NCBI GenBank assembly: GCA_029547745.1
Contig: JAKPOQ010000076.1
Coordinates: 1,627 to 65,626 of the forward strand
Direction of reading: 5' to 3'
DNA from: Actinomycetes bacterium
GTDB lineage: Bacteria > Actinomycetota > Thermoleophilia > UBA2241
DNA length: 64,000 nt
Numbering within the stretch: position 1 is the first letter of the stretch; each line of letters opens with the position of its first letter. The notes below the pieces were generated by a model. That model saw only the letters and a list, made by a program, of their open reading frames with translations, had not been told where the DNA came from and searched no databases. Below are positions 17,825 to 25,425 of the stretch, piece after piece. Both the position numbers and the translations under genes were made by a program.

Positions 17825-17858
17825 GGTTGGCGGGGCCGCGAAAGCGGCCCCGCCAACC
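17825..17858 (+). terminator. perfect 15-bp stem / GAAA tetraloop hairpin between the 67-aa ORF and etfB
   Basis: ggttggcggggccgc-gaaa-gcggccccgccaacc. Preceded by the palindrome gccggatccggc (17809-17820). No U-tract. Confidence 0.5.
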
Positions 17859-17914
17859 CACTGCTCGTGGTCAGCCGTTCGATCGATCCACTTACTGCAC
17901 TTACTGGGAGCACC

Positions 17915-18697
17915 ATGAGAATCATCGTCTGCGCCAAGCACGTGGTGGACTCCACGGAGATCCGTTGGGACGACGAGCACGATGAAGTCGTCTTGCGCAA
18001 CTTGCCCACCAAGATCAGTGACTACGACCGTAATGCGCTCGAGGCGGCGGTGGTTCTGAAAGAGTCCGAGCCGTCCGTCGATCTTGACGTCGTCATGATC
18101 GGCGGTGAGGCCGCCCTGAAGACGCTCAAAGAGGCCGTTGCCATGGGCGCTGACAGGGGTCATCTCGTCGAGGGCGGGTGGGACGATCCGTTCGATCCTC
18201 TGCGCAGCGCACGGGTGCTCGCCAAGGCCATCGACCAGCTCGAGGAGCCTGACCTCGTCATGTGCGGCCTCGTGTCGGAGGACGGTTACAACGGGGTGAC
18301 CGGAGCGGCGCTGGCGCAACTCCTTGACGTCCCGTACCTGGCCCCCGTCGTCGGCCTGAAGGTCGACGAGGGATCCCTGGAAGCAGTGCTCGACGTCGGT
18401 TCGGCGTTGCGTACGGTCAAGGTCGCGATGCCCTGTGTAGTCGCGGTGGACTCGGCGATGAACGTGCCGCGTCTCCCGACGGTGTTACAGGTCATGAAAG
18501 TGAAAGGCGACCGCGTCGCGAAGATGAGCCTCGACAGCTTGTCGCTGTCAGCTGACGCGGCCGAACTGGCCCATGCTGGCGAGCTGGTCGGGAGTGAATC
18601 GGGCGCTGTCGAGCGCAGACGAGTCCTTATCGAGGAGGCGCCCGACGAAGCGGCCGCCAGACTCGTCGAGTACCTGCGGCAGGAAGGGGTGCTGTGA
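17915..18697 (+). CDS. etfB: electron transfer flavoprotein, beta subunit
   Basis: MRIIVCAKHVVDSTEIRWD...DYDRNALEAAVVLKE...VMCG. Confidence 0.88.
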   Translation: MRIIVCAKHVVDSTEIRWDDEHDEVVLRNLPTKISDYDRNALEAAVVLKESEPSVDLDVVMIGGEAALKTLKEAVAMGADRGHLVEGGWDDPFDPLRSARVLAKAIDQLEEPDLVMCGLVSEDGYNGVTGAALAQLLDVPYLAPVVGLKVDEGSLEAVLDVGSALRTVKVAMPCVVAVDSAMNVPRLPTVLQVMKVKGDRVAKMSLDSLSLSADAAELAHAGELVGSESGAVERRRVLIEEAPDEAAARLVEYLRQEGVL

Positions 18698-19671
18698 TGG
18701 CCGGCCGTTTCGTCGTGAGTTCCGCGTCCGTCACTGACCTCCAGAGGATGGCGGAACTGGCACGGCGCCTGGCGGGCGCGGACGGGCGGGTCGACGCCGT
18801 CGCGCTCGCCGGTGACGCCGGCGTGCTCGCTCCGGAGGACGGCACCCTGGCCGATACCGCTGGGGGTCTGGCCGGACTGGCCGACACCCTGCTCGTCTAC
18901 GAAGGCGCCGGTGAGTATCTGCGCGGCGACATGTGGGCGGCGGCGCTGGTCGACGCCGTCGGCCGGGACGGTGAGTGCGTCCTCGTCGCCGATGCCCCGG
19001 CGGCGCGCGAGGCCGTGGCGCGGACCGCGGTGTCGTGTCGTGCGTCCGTGGCGAGCATGTGCGAGGACCTGCAGCGGGCCGAGGGCGGCGGATTCGTGGC
19101 CAGGCGCTCGATCTACGGCGGGGTGGCGGACGGTCTCATCGCCCTCGTTTCGACGCCAGCCGTGTGTCTGTTCGCCGCCGGCAAGTTCGAGGGCGCGCCG
19201 TCGGGCGAGTCTGTGCCCGTGGAACAGCGTACCCTGGGGGCGCCCGCCTACGAGGTGACGCACGTCGGCGACGAGCCGGTGGTAAGAACGGTGGACCTTG
19301 CCGGAGCGTCCGTCGTGGTGTCGGTCGGCCGCGGTTTCGTCAAACGGGAGGACCTCGACCTCGTCGATCCTCTGGTCAGTGCCCTGGGCGCGGAACTCGG
19401 CTGCTCGCGACCGATCGCTGAGGATTTCAAGTGGCTGCCCAAGGAGCGGCTTGTCGGGCTCACCGGAGAGTCCGTCACGGCCGAGCTCTACTTGGCCCTG
19501 GGGATCTCCGGCCAGGTGCAGCACCTGACAGGAGTCAAGGGAGCGCGTGTGGTCGCTGCCGTGAACAACGACGCCAAGGCTCCCATCACGCGCAACGCCG
19601 ACTATGTGGTCGTCGGTGACTTGTACAAGGTTGTGCCCGAGCTCGTGAACGCGCTCCGCAGCCGATCGTGA
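18694..19671 (+). CDS. etfA: electron transfer flavoprotein, alpha subunit
   Basis: VVSVGRG...LGCSRPIAEDFKWLPKERLVGLTGESVTAELYLALGISGQVQHLTGVKGARVVAAVNNDAKAPI. Start overlaps the etfB stop. Confidence 0.88.
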   Translation: MMAGRFVVSSASVTDLQRMAELARRLAGADGRVDAVALAGDAGVLAPEDGTLADTAGGLAGLADTLLVYEGAGEYLRGDMWAAALVDAVGRDGECVLVADAPAAREAVARTAVSCRASVASMCEDLQRAEGGGFVARRSIYGGVADGLIALVSTPAVCLFAAGKFEGAPSGESVPVEQRTLGAPAYEVTHVGDEPVVRTVDLAGASVVVSVGRGFVKREDLDLVDPLVSALGAELGCSRPIAEDFKWLPKERLVGLTGESVTAELYLALGISGQVQHLTGVKGARVVAAVNNDAKAPITRNADYVVVGDLYKVVPELVNALRSRS

Positions 19672-21776
19672 CGGGGTGGACGGTGGACATCGAGTACACG
19701 AGGGAATACCTGCCGTTCCTGCCACACACGGCCACGCTCGTCGTGATGTACGCCTGTGTGGTCGTCGTTGCCGTCCTGTTCGTGTGGGGGTTCTGGCGGA
19801 GGTACCGCGCCTACACGAAGGGCGGCCGAAGCCTCTGGCAAGCGGTGAACGGCAAGGTACTGCCGTGGCGGCCACGACTCTGGCGGGTCGTCCGCGACGT
19901 CATCCTGCAGACCAAGGTGCGCGAACGCCATCTGCCTGCTGTGATGCACATGGCGATCTTCTACGGGATGGTCCTGCTCTTCATCGGGACTTGCGTGGTC
20001 CTGTTCTATGAGGACGTGCTCGTCTGGTTCGGCGACTTCGAGTTCGGCGGCCTGCCCTACGTCGTCTTCGAGTCCGTGCTCGACGTCGCAGCTCTTGCGC
20101 TCATCATCGGAGTGGTGATCGCGCTATGGCGGCGGCTCGTGATGCGTCCTGCCTATCTGTCGCCGAAGCGGTCGACCATGCTGGTCCTCTGGGGGCTGCT
20201 GTTCATGGGCGTATCCGGGCTGGGACTCGAGGCTTACCGTATCGCGGCGCAGCCGAGCGAATGGGCCCAGGCCGCGTTCGTGGGCTGGACGCTGTCACAC
20301 CTGCTCGAGGGCTGGGCGGGCCAGGAAGGGACACCGGTGGCCGTATACCAGACCCTGTGGTGGCTGCACGCCGGCGGCGCCTTCGCGCTCATCGTCGGCG
20401 CCGCTTGGACAGGATTCGCGCACATCTTCGTCTTGCCTGCCAATGTCGCCGCGCACGATCCCGAACGCGCGAAGACCAAGCTGAGGACACCCTTCAACCT
20501 GATCGCCGCGATGGAGTCGGAGGAGGACGTGGAGCTCGTTGCCGGCACCGCCACTACCGGCGACATCGCCCCGCCCGACAGACTTGCGGCCGATGCCTGC
20601 GTAGCCTGCGGCCGGTGTCATGACGAGTGCCCGGCCGTCGCCAGCGGCCGGCAGCTATCGCCTCGGGACCTCGTGCAGGAGATACAGGCGACACTCGGCA
20701 CCAATCTGGGGAGCGCGCCGAGCGACCGACCGGCTGCCGAGTTCGAGGATGCGGCGTGGTCGTGCACGAACTGCTATGCATGTGAGCAGGTCTGCCCGGC
20801 GCGCATCCGCCACGTCGACCTTGTCCTCGACTTCCGGCGCGCACTCGTCGACCAGAACCGTCTCGATGAGCAGAAGCTCGGCGTGCTCCAGGCTCTCGAC
20901 CGGAACATGAACCCGTACAAACTGCCGTCGCACGAGCGGGCGGCGTGGATCACCGAACTGCCCTACGCGGATGAGGTCATCTACGGGGCGGCAGAGCTGA
21001 TTGAGCCGCCGGAGTACCTGTATTGGATCGGCTGTGCGGCGGCGTACGACGAGCGTACCGCTCAAGTCGCACGGGCGACCATGGACCTGCTGCGCGCAGC
21101 CGGCGTCCATTTCATCACGCTGGGACCGGCCGAGCCGTGCTGCGGAGAGCCGGCGAAGCGGCTCGGTGAAGAGGGCCGGTTCCAGATGATCGCCATGCAG
21201 GCCATCGAGATGATCAAGGAGACAGGGGCCGCAAAGATCGTCACCCACTGCCCGCACGGTCTCAACGTCTTCCTCCACGAGTACCCGGCGCTGGGCTTCT
21301 CGATCCCGGCGGTGCATCACGCCGAGCTCCTCGCTGACCTCGTCTCGGCAGGTCGGCTCAAGCTCGGTGTTGGCATCGGGGGCAAGGTCGTCTATCACGA
21401 GCCCTGCAACCTGGCTCGCGCCGGCCATCCGGCGACCGCCGCCCTGGCGCTCTTGGACGGGTCGACCGTGCTTCCCGAGAAGGCCGGTGTACACACCTTC
21501 TGTTGCGGCGGCGGTGGCGGCAACAGTTTCTATCAGGTCGAGCAGGAAGAGCGACGCATCAGCGCTCTCCGCTACGAGCAGGTCGTCGCTACCGGGGCGG
21601 ACAGGCTTGCTGTAAGTTGCCCCTTCTGCTTGACGATGCTGCGCGACGCGGCGGCGGGACACGGGGACGGAGCCCTTCAGGTGATGGACGTGGCGGAGGT
21701 GTTGCATGCCCGGCTCGACGAAGCTCCCACGACTACCGCATCAGCGGCGGTGATCGGAGCGCGGGTGAACGAGTAG
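19668..21776 (+). CDS. membrane Fe-S oxidoreductase: N-terminal NarI/DsrM-like multi-TM (putative b-haem) domain fused to an HdrD/DsrK-like 2x[4Fe-4S] plus two CCG domains. Putative ETF:quinone oxidoreductase.
   Basis: Five to six N-terminal TM helices with His pairs (HLPAVMHMAIFYG; WWLHAGGAFALIVGAAWTGFAHIF). CVACGRCHDECP and CTNCYACEQVCP. CCG domains WIGCAAAYD...EPCCGEP...THCPHG and HEPCNLA...FCCGGGGG...SCPFCLTML. GTGA overlap with etfA. Confidence 0.8.
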   Translation: MTGWTVDIEYTREYLPFLPHTATLVVMYACVVVVAVLFVWGFWRRYRAYTKGGRSLWQAVNGKVLPWRPRLWRVVRDVILQTKVRERHLPAVMHMAIFYGMVLLFIGTCVVLFYEDVLVWFGDFEFGGLPYVVFESVLDVAALALIIGVVIALWRRLVMRPAYLSPKRSTMLVLWGLLFMGVSGLGLEAYRIAAQPSEWAQAAFVGWTLSHLLEGWAGQEGTPVAVYQTLWWLHAGGAFALIVGAAWTGFAHIFVLPANVAAHDPERAKTKLRTPFNLIAAMESEEDVELVAGTATTGDIAPPDRLAADACVACGRCHDECPAVASGRQLSPRDLVQEIQATLGTNLGSAPSDRPAAEFEDAAWSCTNCYACEQVCPARIRHVDLVLDFRRALVDQNRLDEQKLGVLQALDRNMNPYKLPSHERAAWITELPYADEVIYGAAELIEPPEYLYWIGCAAAYDERTAQVARATMDLLRAAGVHFITLGPAEPCCGEPAKRLGEEGRFQMIAMQAIEMIKETGAAKIVTHCPHGLNVFLHEYPALGFSIPAVHHAELLADLVSAGRLKLGVGIGGKVVYHEPCNLARAGHPATAALALLDGSTVLPEKAGVHTFCCGGGGGNSFYQVEQEERRISALRYEQVVATGADRLAVSCPFCLTMLRDAAAGHGDGALQVMDVAEVLHARLDEAPTTTASAAVIGARVNE

Positions 21777-21874
21777 GAGCAAAGGTCTGGCGTGTCGACC
21801 CCCACCGGGATCCGGCATGGGGGAAGGGTAGTGGTGCGGCCGGGCACCGCGTCGCCGCACAAGGGAGGATACAC

Positions 21875-22315
21875 ATGGGTCTCAAGATGGTCGTGGGCCT
21901 TGACAGTTCGAAGTACGCGGAGCAAGCGTTCCAGCGGGCGCTCGAGTTGGCCCGAAAGACGGGCGGCTCGCTGGTCGTCGTGTGTGGTCGCCGGCCCAAG
22001 TCGATATCGTACGTGGCCGCTTTCCAGCCTGCGTTGACGATTGCCAGCGCCATGAAGGACGCCGAGGAAAGGGCTGCAGAGGCGCTCAAGAAGGCCGCTG
22101 ACGAGGCTGCCGCGGCTGGGGTGGACGTCAAGACCGAGGCGGTGTACGAGGATCCTGCCGAGTCCTTGATCAATGTGGCCGAGCGCGAGATGGCCGATGC
22201 CATAGTCGTGGGCGCCAAGGGAGAAGGCGGACTGTCGGACCGTCTCTTCGGGTCGACGGTCACCGACCTGTTGCAGCGCAGTACGATCCCGGTCCTCGTG
22301 GTTCCCGCGAGGTAG
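21875..22315 (+). CDS. universal stress protein (UspA family)
   Basis: MGLKMVVGLDSSKYAEQAFQRALELA...IVVGAKGEGGLSDRLFGSTVTDLLQRSTIPVLVVP. AAGGGAGGA Shine-Dalgarno upstream of the ATG at 21875. Confidence 0.85.
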   Translation: MGLKMVVGLDSSKYAEQAFQRALELARKTGGSLVVVCGRRPKSISYVAAFQPALTIASAMKDAEERAAEALKKAADEAAAAGVDVKTEAVYEDPAESLINVAEREMADAIVVGAKGEGGLSDRLFGSTVTDLLQRSTIPVLVVPAR

Positions 22316-22475
22316 TCGGGCCACGGTCGGGCATGAGTGGGTGGACGCGAAAGGCGCGAAGGGTGATACGGGCACCGAGGCGACGCGGCGTGAGCGTCGG
22401 TAGGCGACGTGCAGCCTCGGCCAGTGCCTGTGTCACCGCCGGCGACGGAAGAGCTGGTCTGTGGTCTTGGCGACG

Positions 22476-22505
22476 TTGCGGGCAGGGGACTGAAACAGGT
22501 AGAGT
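22476..22505 (+). promoter_or_regulatory. candidate sigma-70/SigA-type promoter for the atp operon
   Basis: TTGCGG-N18-TAGAGT, about 235 nt upstream of atpI. By eye only. Confidence 0.25.
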
Positions 22506-22741
22506 GTGACGGTTCCGGGCACAGGTGGCGGCTGAGGCGAGCGGGATCAGAGATCCCGTTCGCTCGCAAGGCCAGGTCAAGACTCGTGACGGCGTCAAGG
22601 GTCGCAGCGCTGGCGGCAGAAGCGTGTGCGTCGCTCAGTGAGTCTTGGCCTCATGTCGCGCCGTGTTCTCGGGGGACCCCATGTGACCAGGAGTGGGTCA
22701 CGTCTGCGATGAGGGAGTGAGATCAGGGTCGGAATGCGTCG

Positions 22742-23167
22742 GTGGATGAGTCGGTGAGGGTATTGGAGCGGGAGGAGAAACGAAGAAGGCCAGTCTGGAT
22801 GGCCCCGGTGGTCCTCGGGACGGCGACTGGAGCGGCCGCCGCCGCAGCGGCGACGCTTGGCCGTCCGGTCTGGGCAGCGGCCCTTGGCGCCGCGCTCGCC
22901 CTCGCCTACTGGGGGCTCGAGGCGCTGTCCTGGCGACGCGGCGCCGAAGCCGAGATCAAGGCGGCGATCGCCGTCGCCATCGGCGGCATGGTGTTGCGCT
23001 TCGCCCTCGTGCTCGGCGTACTGCTCCTCGTGGGCCTGTTCGCCCGAGGCGCTCTGGCCACGGCCGCGATCAGCTTCCTGGCCGCGTTCACCCTTTACGT
23101 CGGGCTTCGCCTGTTCATGTATCCGATGACTCCTCCCCGACGGCCGGGGCAGGCGAGGTCACGGTGA
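22742..23167 (+). CDS. atpI: ATP synthase protein I (AtpI)
   Basis: 141-aa protein with four hydrophobic segments, immediately upstream of and overlapping atpB. Composition typical of AtpI. Start uncertain. Confidence 0.65.
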   Translation: MDESVRVLEREEKRRRPVWMAPVVLGTATGAAAAAAATLGRPVWAAALGAALALAYWGLEALSWRRGAEAEIKAAIAVAIGGMVLRFALVLGVLLLVGLFARGALATAAISFLAAFTLYVGLRLFMYPMTPPRRPGQARSR

Positions 23168-24021
23168 AGCGTCGACTGCTCGTCGGGCTCTACCTCGTCG
23201 CGGGTCTCGTCGCGCTGGCGATCCTCGCATTCCTCCCCGGGGGTGCCAGGGCGCAGTTCGACGTCCTCGCCGAGTTCGAGCTGCATCCCATCATCAAGTT
23301 GCCCTCGATCGGCCCTGTCGACCTGTCCATCAACAAGGCCGTCATCTACCTGTGGATCACGACCGCCGTGCTCGCCGTGTGCGCCTTCATCATCTCGCGG
23401 AACATCAAGCCGGTGCCCTCGCGCTTCCAGTTCGTCATGGAGACGCTCTACGAGCTTGCGCGGCGCAGCATCGTCGGCGCGGTCATGAAGAGCGACCAGG
23501 CCTCATGGTTTCCGTATATCGCGGGGGCCTTCTTCTTCGTCCTCGTCTCCAACCTCATCGGTCTCGTCCCGCTGCCGTTCGCCGAGAACCACCAGTTCGG
23601 GTTCTATGCTGCCACGGCCAACCTTTACGCGACCCTCGCCCTGGCGCTCTGCACGTTCGTGTTCACGCACTACGCCGGGATCCGCAAACACGGCCTGGTT
23701 GGATATGTGAACGGCTGGGTGCCGTCGAGCGCGCCGCCCGTGCTCCGCCAGTTGATGCTCCTCATCCACGCCATCAGCGAGGTCTTCCGTCTCGTCTCAC
23801 TCTCGGTCCGGCTCTTCGCCAACATGCTCGCCGGACACTCGATCCTCGCCGTCTTCTTCGCCATGGCGCTCATCTTCCAGAACTACCTGGCGGCGGTGGT
23901 GCTGCAGGCGGGATCGATCATCATCTATCTCTTCGAGATCTTCATCGCCTGCATCCAGGCGTTCATCTTCGCCATCCTCTCCGCCGTGTACATCGGCGGG
24001 GCGCTGGATCAGGAGGAATGA
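23164..24021 (+). CDS. atpB: F0F1 ATP synthase subunit a
   Basis: LSVRLFANMLAGH with the essential Arg. Multi-TM. Confidence 0.93.
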   Translation: MKRRLLVGLYLVAGLVALAILAFLPGGARAQFDVLAEFELHPIIKLPSIGPVDLSINKAVIYLWITTAVLAVCAFIISRNIKPVPSRFQFVMETLYELARRSIVGAVMKSDQASWFPYIAGAFFFVLVSNLIGLVPLPFAENHQFGFYAATANLYATLALALCTFVFTHYAGIRKHGLVGYVNGWVPSSAPPVLRQLMLLIHAISEVFRLVSLSVRLFANMLAGHSILAVFFAMALIFQNYLAAVVLQAGSIIIYLFEIFIACIQAFIFAILSAVYIGGALDQEE

Positions 24022-24081
24022 GTGCTCGCTGCACGACACCACGACCCCGCACCGCGCGTGCATCGTCAAGGAGGACACTGA

Positions 24082-24312
24082 ATGGACGCTGAATCCGCGA
24101 AGCTTCTTGCCGCCGGCATCTCGATGGGCGTCGGCTCGCTCGGGCCCGCGATCGGGCTTGGCATGCTCATCAGCAAGGCGCTCGAGAGCATCGCCCGCCA
24201 ACCCGAGGTGTCCGGCGAGATCCGCACCGACATGTTCATCGGGATCGGCGTGACCGAGGCCGTGGCCCTTTACGCCTTCGTCATCGCCTTGATCCTCATC
24301 TTCGTCGCTTGA
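24082..24312 (+). CDS. atpE: F0F1 ATP synthase subunit c
   Basis: 76-aa helical hairpin, GLGMLISKALESIARQPE...GIGVTEAVALYAFVIALILIF (carboxylate Glu). Confidence 0.95.
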   Translation: MDAESAKLLAAGISMGVGSLGPAIGLGMLISKALESIARQPEVSGEIRTDMFIGIGVTEAVALYAFVIALILIFVA

Positions 24313-24355
24313 CGGTCGTGGCGGGTGGGACGCTCCTGAGGGAACGGAGACAACG

Positions 24356-24856
24356 ATGCTGAACCCCGAGTGGGGCCTGTTCGTGTGGACCCTGATCACG
24401 TTCGGCCTGTCCGTGTTCATCCTCTGGAAGTTCGCCTTCGGTCCGCTGCAACGCGTGATCGATGAGCGGCGGGCGCGGATCCAGGAGAGCATGGACGCGG
24501 CCGAGCAGACGCGCGCCGAGGCGCAAAGCCTGCTCGAGGAGTACAAGGAGACGCTTGCCCAGGCGCGCGGCGAGGCCGAGGCCATACTCGAGCGCTCGCG
24601 CAGCGCCGGCGAGGCGGCGAAGGCCGAGATCATCGCCCAGTCGCGCGCCCAAGCTGAGCGCATGCTCGGCCGCGCTCATGAGCAGATCGAGCGCGAGACA
24701 CGCGCCGCGCTCCAGGAGCTCAAGGCGCAAGTCGCCGAGCTGACGCTGCTCGCCACCGAGAAGGTGGCGGCGAGAAGCCTGAGCGAGGCCGACCAACGGC
24801 GTCTGATCGACGAAGCGCTCGCCGATCTCGACCTCGACCAGTTGAGAGCGGAGTAG
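24356..24856 (+). CDS. atpF: F0F1 ATP synthase subunit b
   Basis: N-terminal TM segment followed by a long charged, Ala-rich helix. Operon position. Confidence 0.9.
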   Translation: MLNPEWGLFVWTLITFGLSVFILWKFAFGPLQRVIDERRARIQESMDAAEQTRAEAQSLLEEYKETLAQARGEAEAILERSRSAGEAAKAEIIAQSRAQAERMLGRAHEQIERETRAALQELKAQVAELTLLATEKVAARSLSEADQRRLIDEALADLDLDQLRAE

Positions 24857-24861
24857 GACGC

Positions 24862-25425
24862 GTGGGCGAAGTCGAGACTCGAATCGCGCGTGTCTACGCG
24901 CGGGCCCTGTTCGAGGCCGCCCGCGACGCCGGGCGGATCGAACCGGTGGGCCGCGAGCTGGGCGACTTCGTCGCCGCCCTCGCGGCCGCTCCGGAGCTGC
25001 GCCACGTCCTCGCCGACCCCATGGTGAGCGAGGAAGCCAAGCGCCGCGTGCTCGCTGAGCTGACGCAGGGCGCCGAGCCGCTCGTCGCCGGTGCGCTGCA
25101 GGTCCTGCAGCGCAAGGGGCGCCTCGCCGTCGTCGCCGAGGTCAGCGACGAGTTCGCGGCGCTCGCGGCGGCCGAGGAGCGGATCGTCAAGGTCGACGTG
25201 ACGTCGGCGATCGAGCTGCCCGACGAGGCCGAGCGACGGTTGGCCGAGAAGATCGCGGGCGCGACCGGCCGGCGCGTCGAGATGACTAAACATGTGGACG
25301 CCGGGGTGCTCGGCGGCCTCGTCGTCCGTGTCGGCGACGTGATCGTCGACGGCAGTCTGCGGGCGCGCATCCGCCAGTTGCGCCGGCGGCTTGTCACGGC
25401 AGAAGTGAGAGGTGACGCGAAGTGA
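24862..25425 (+). CDS. atpH: F0F1 ATP synthase subunit delta (OSCP)
   Basis: [13 protein letters not shown]... at the N-terminus and [23 protein letters not shown] at the C-terminus. Confidence 0.9.
   Translation: MGEVETRIARVYARALFEAARDAGRIEPVGRELGDFVAALAAAPELRHVLADPMVSEEAKRRVLAELTQGAEPLVAGALQVLQRKGRLAVVAEVSDEFAALAAAEERIVKVDVTSAIELPDEAERRLAEKIAGATGRRVEMTKHVDAGVLGGLVVRVGDVIVDGSLRARIRQLRRRLVTAEVRGDAK

Noticed and set aside
7765-22401. Possible att-like direct repeat flanking the island (GTGCAGAGCGTCGGCA near 7765 and GTGAGCGTCGGTA near 22388)
   Set aside because: Only 8-9 contiguous identical bases are shared. A match of that length between two 400-470-bp spacers is expected by chance, and there is no integrase or tRNA to support site-specific integration.
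22409-22720. 103-aa ORF in the USP-atpI spacer
   Set aside because: It has no Shine-Dalgarno, a Cys/Arg-rich composition atypical of proteins and no recognisable motif, and it overlaps the hairpins and the promoter-like element. It is treated as non-coding.
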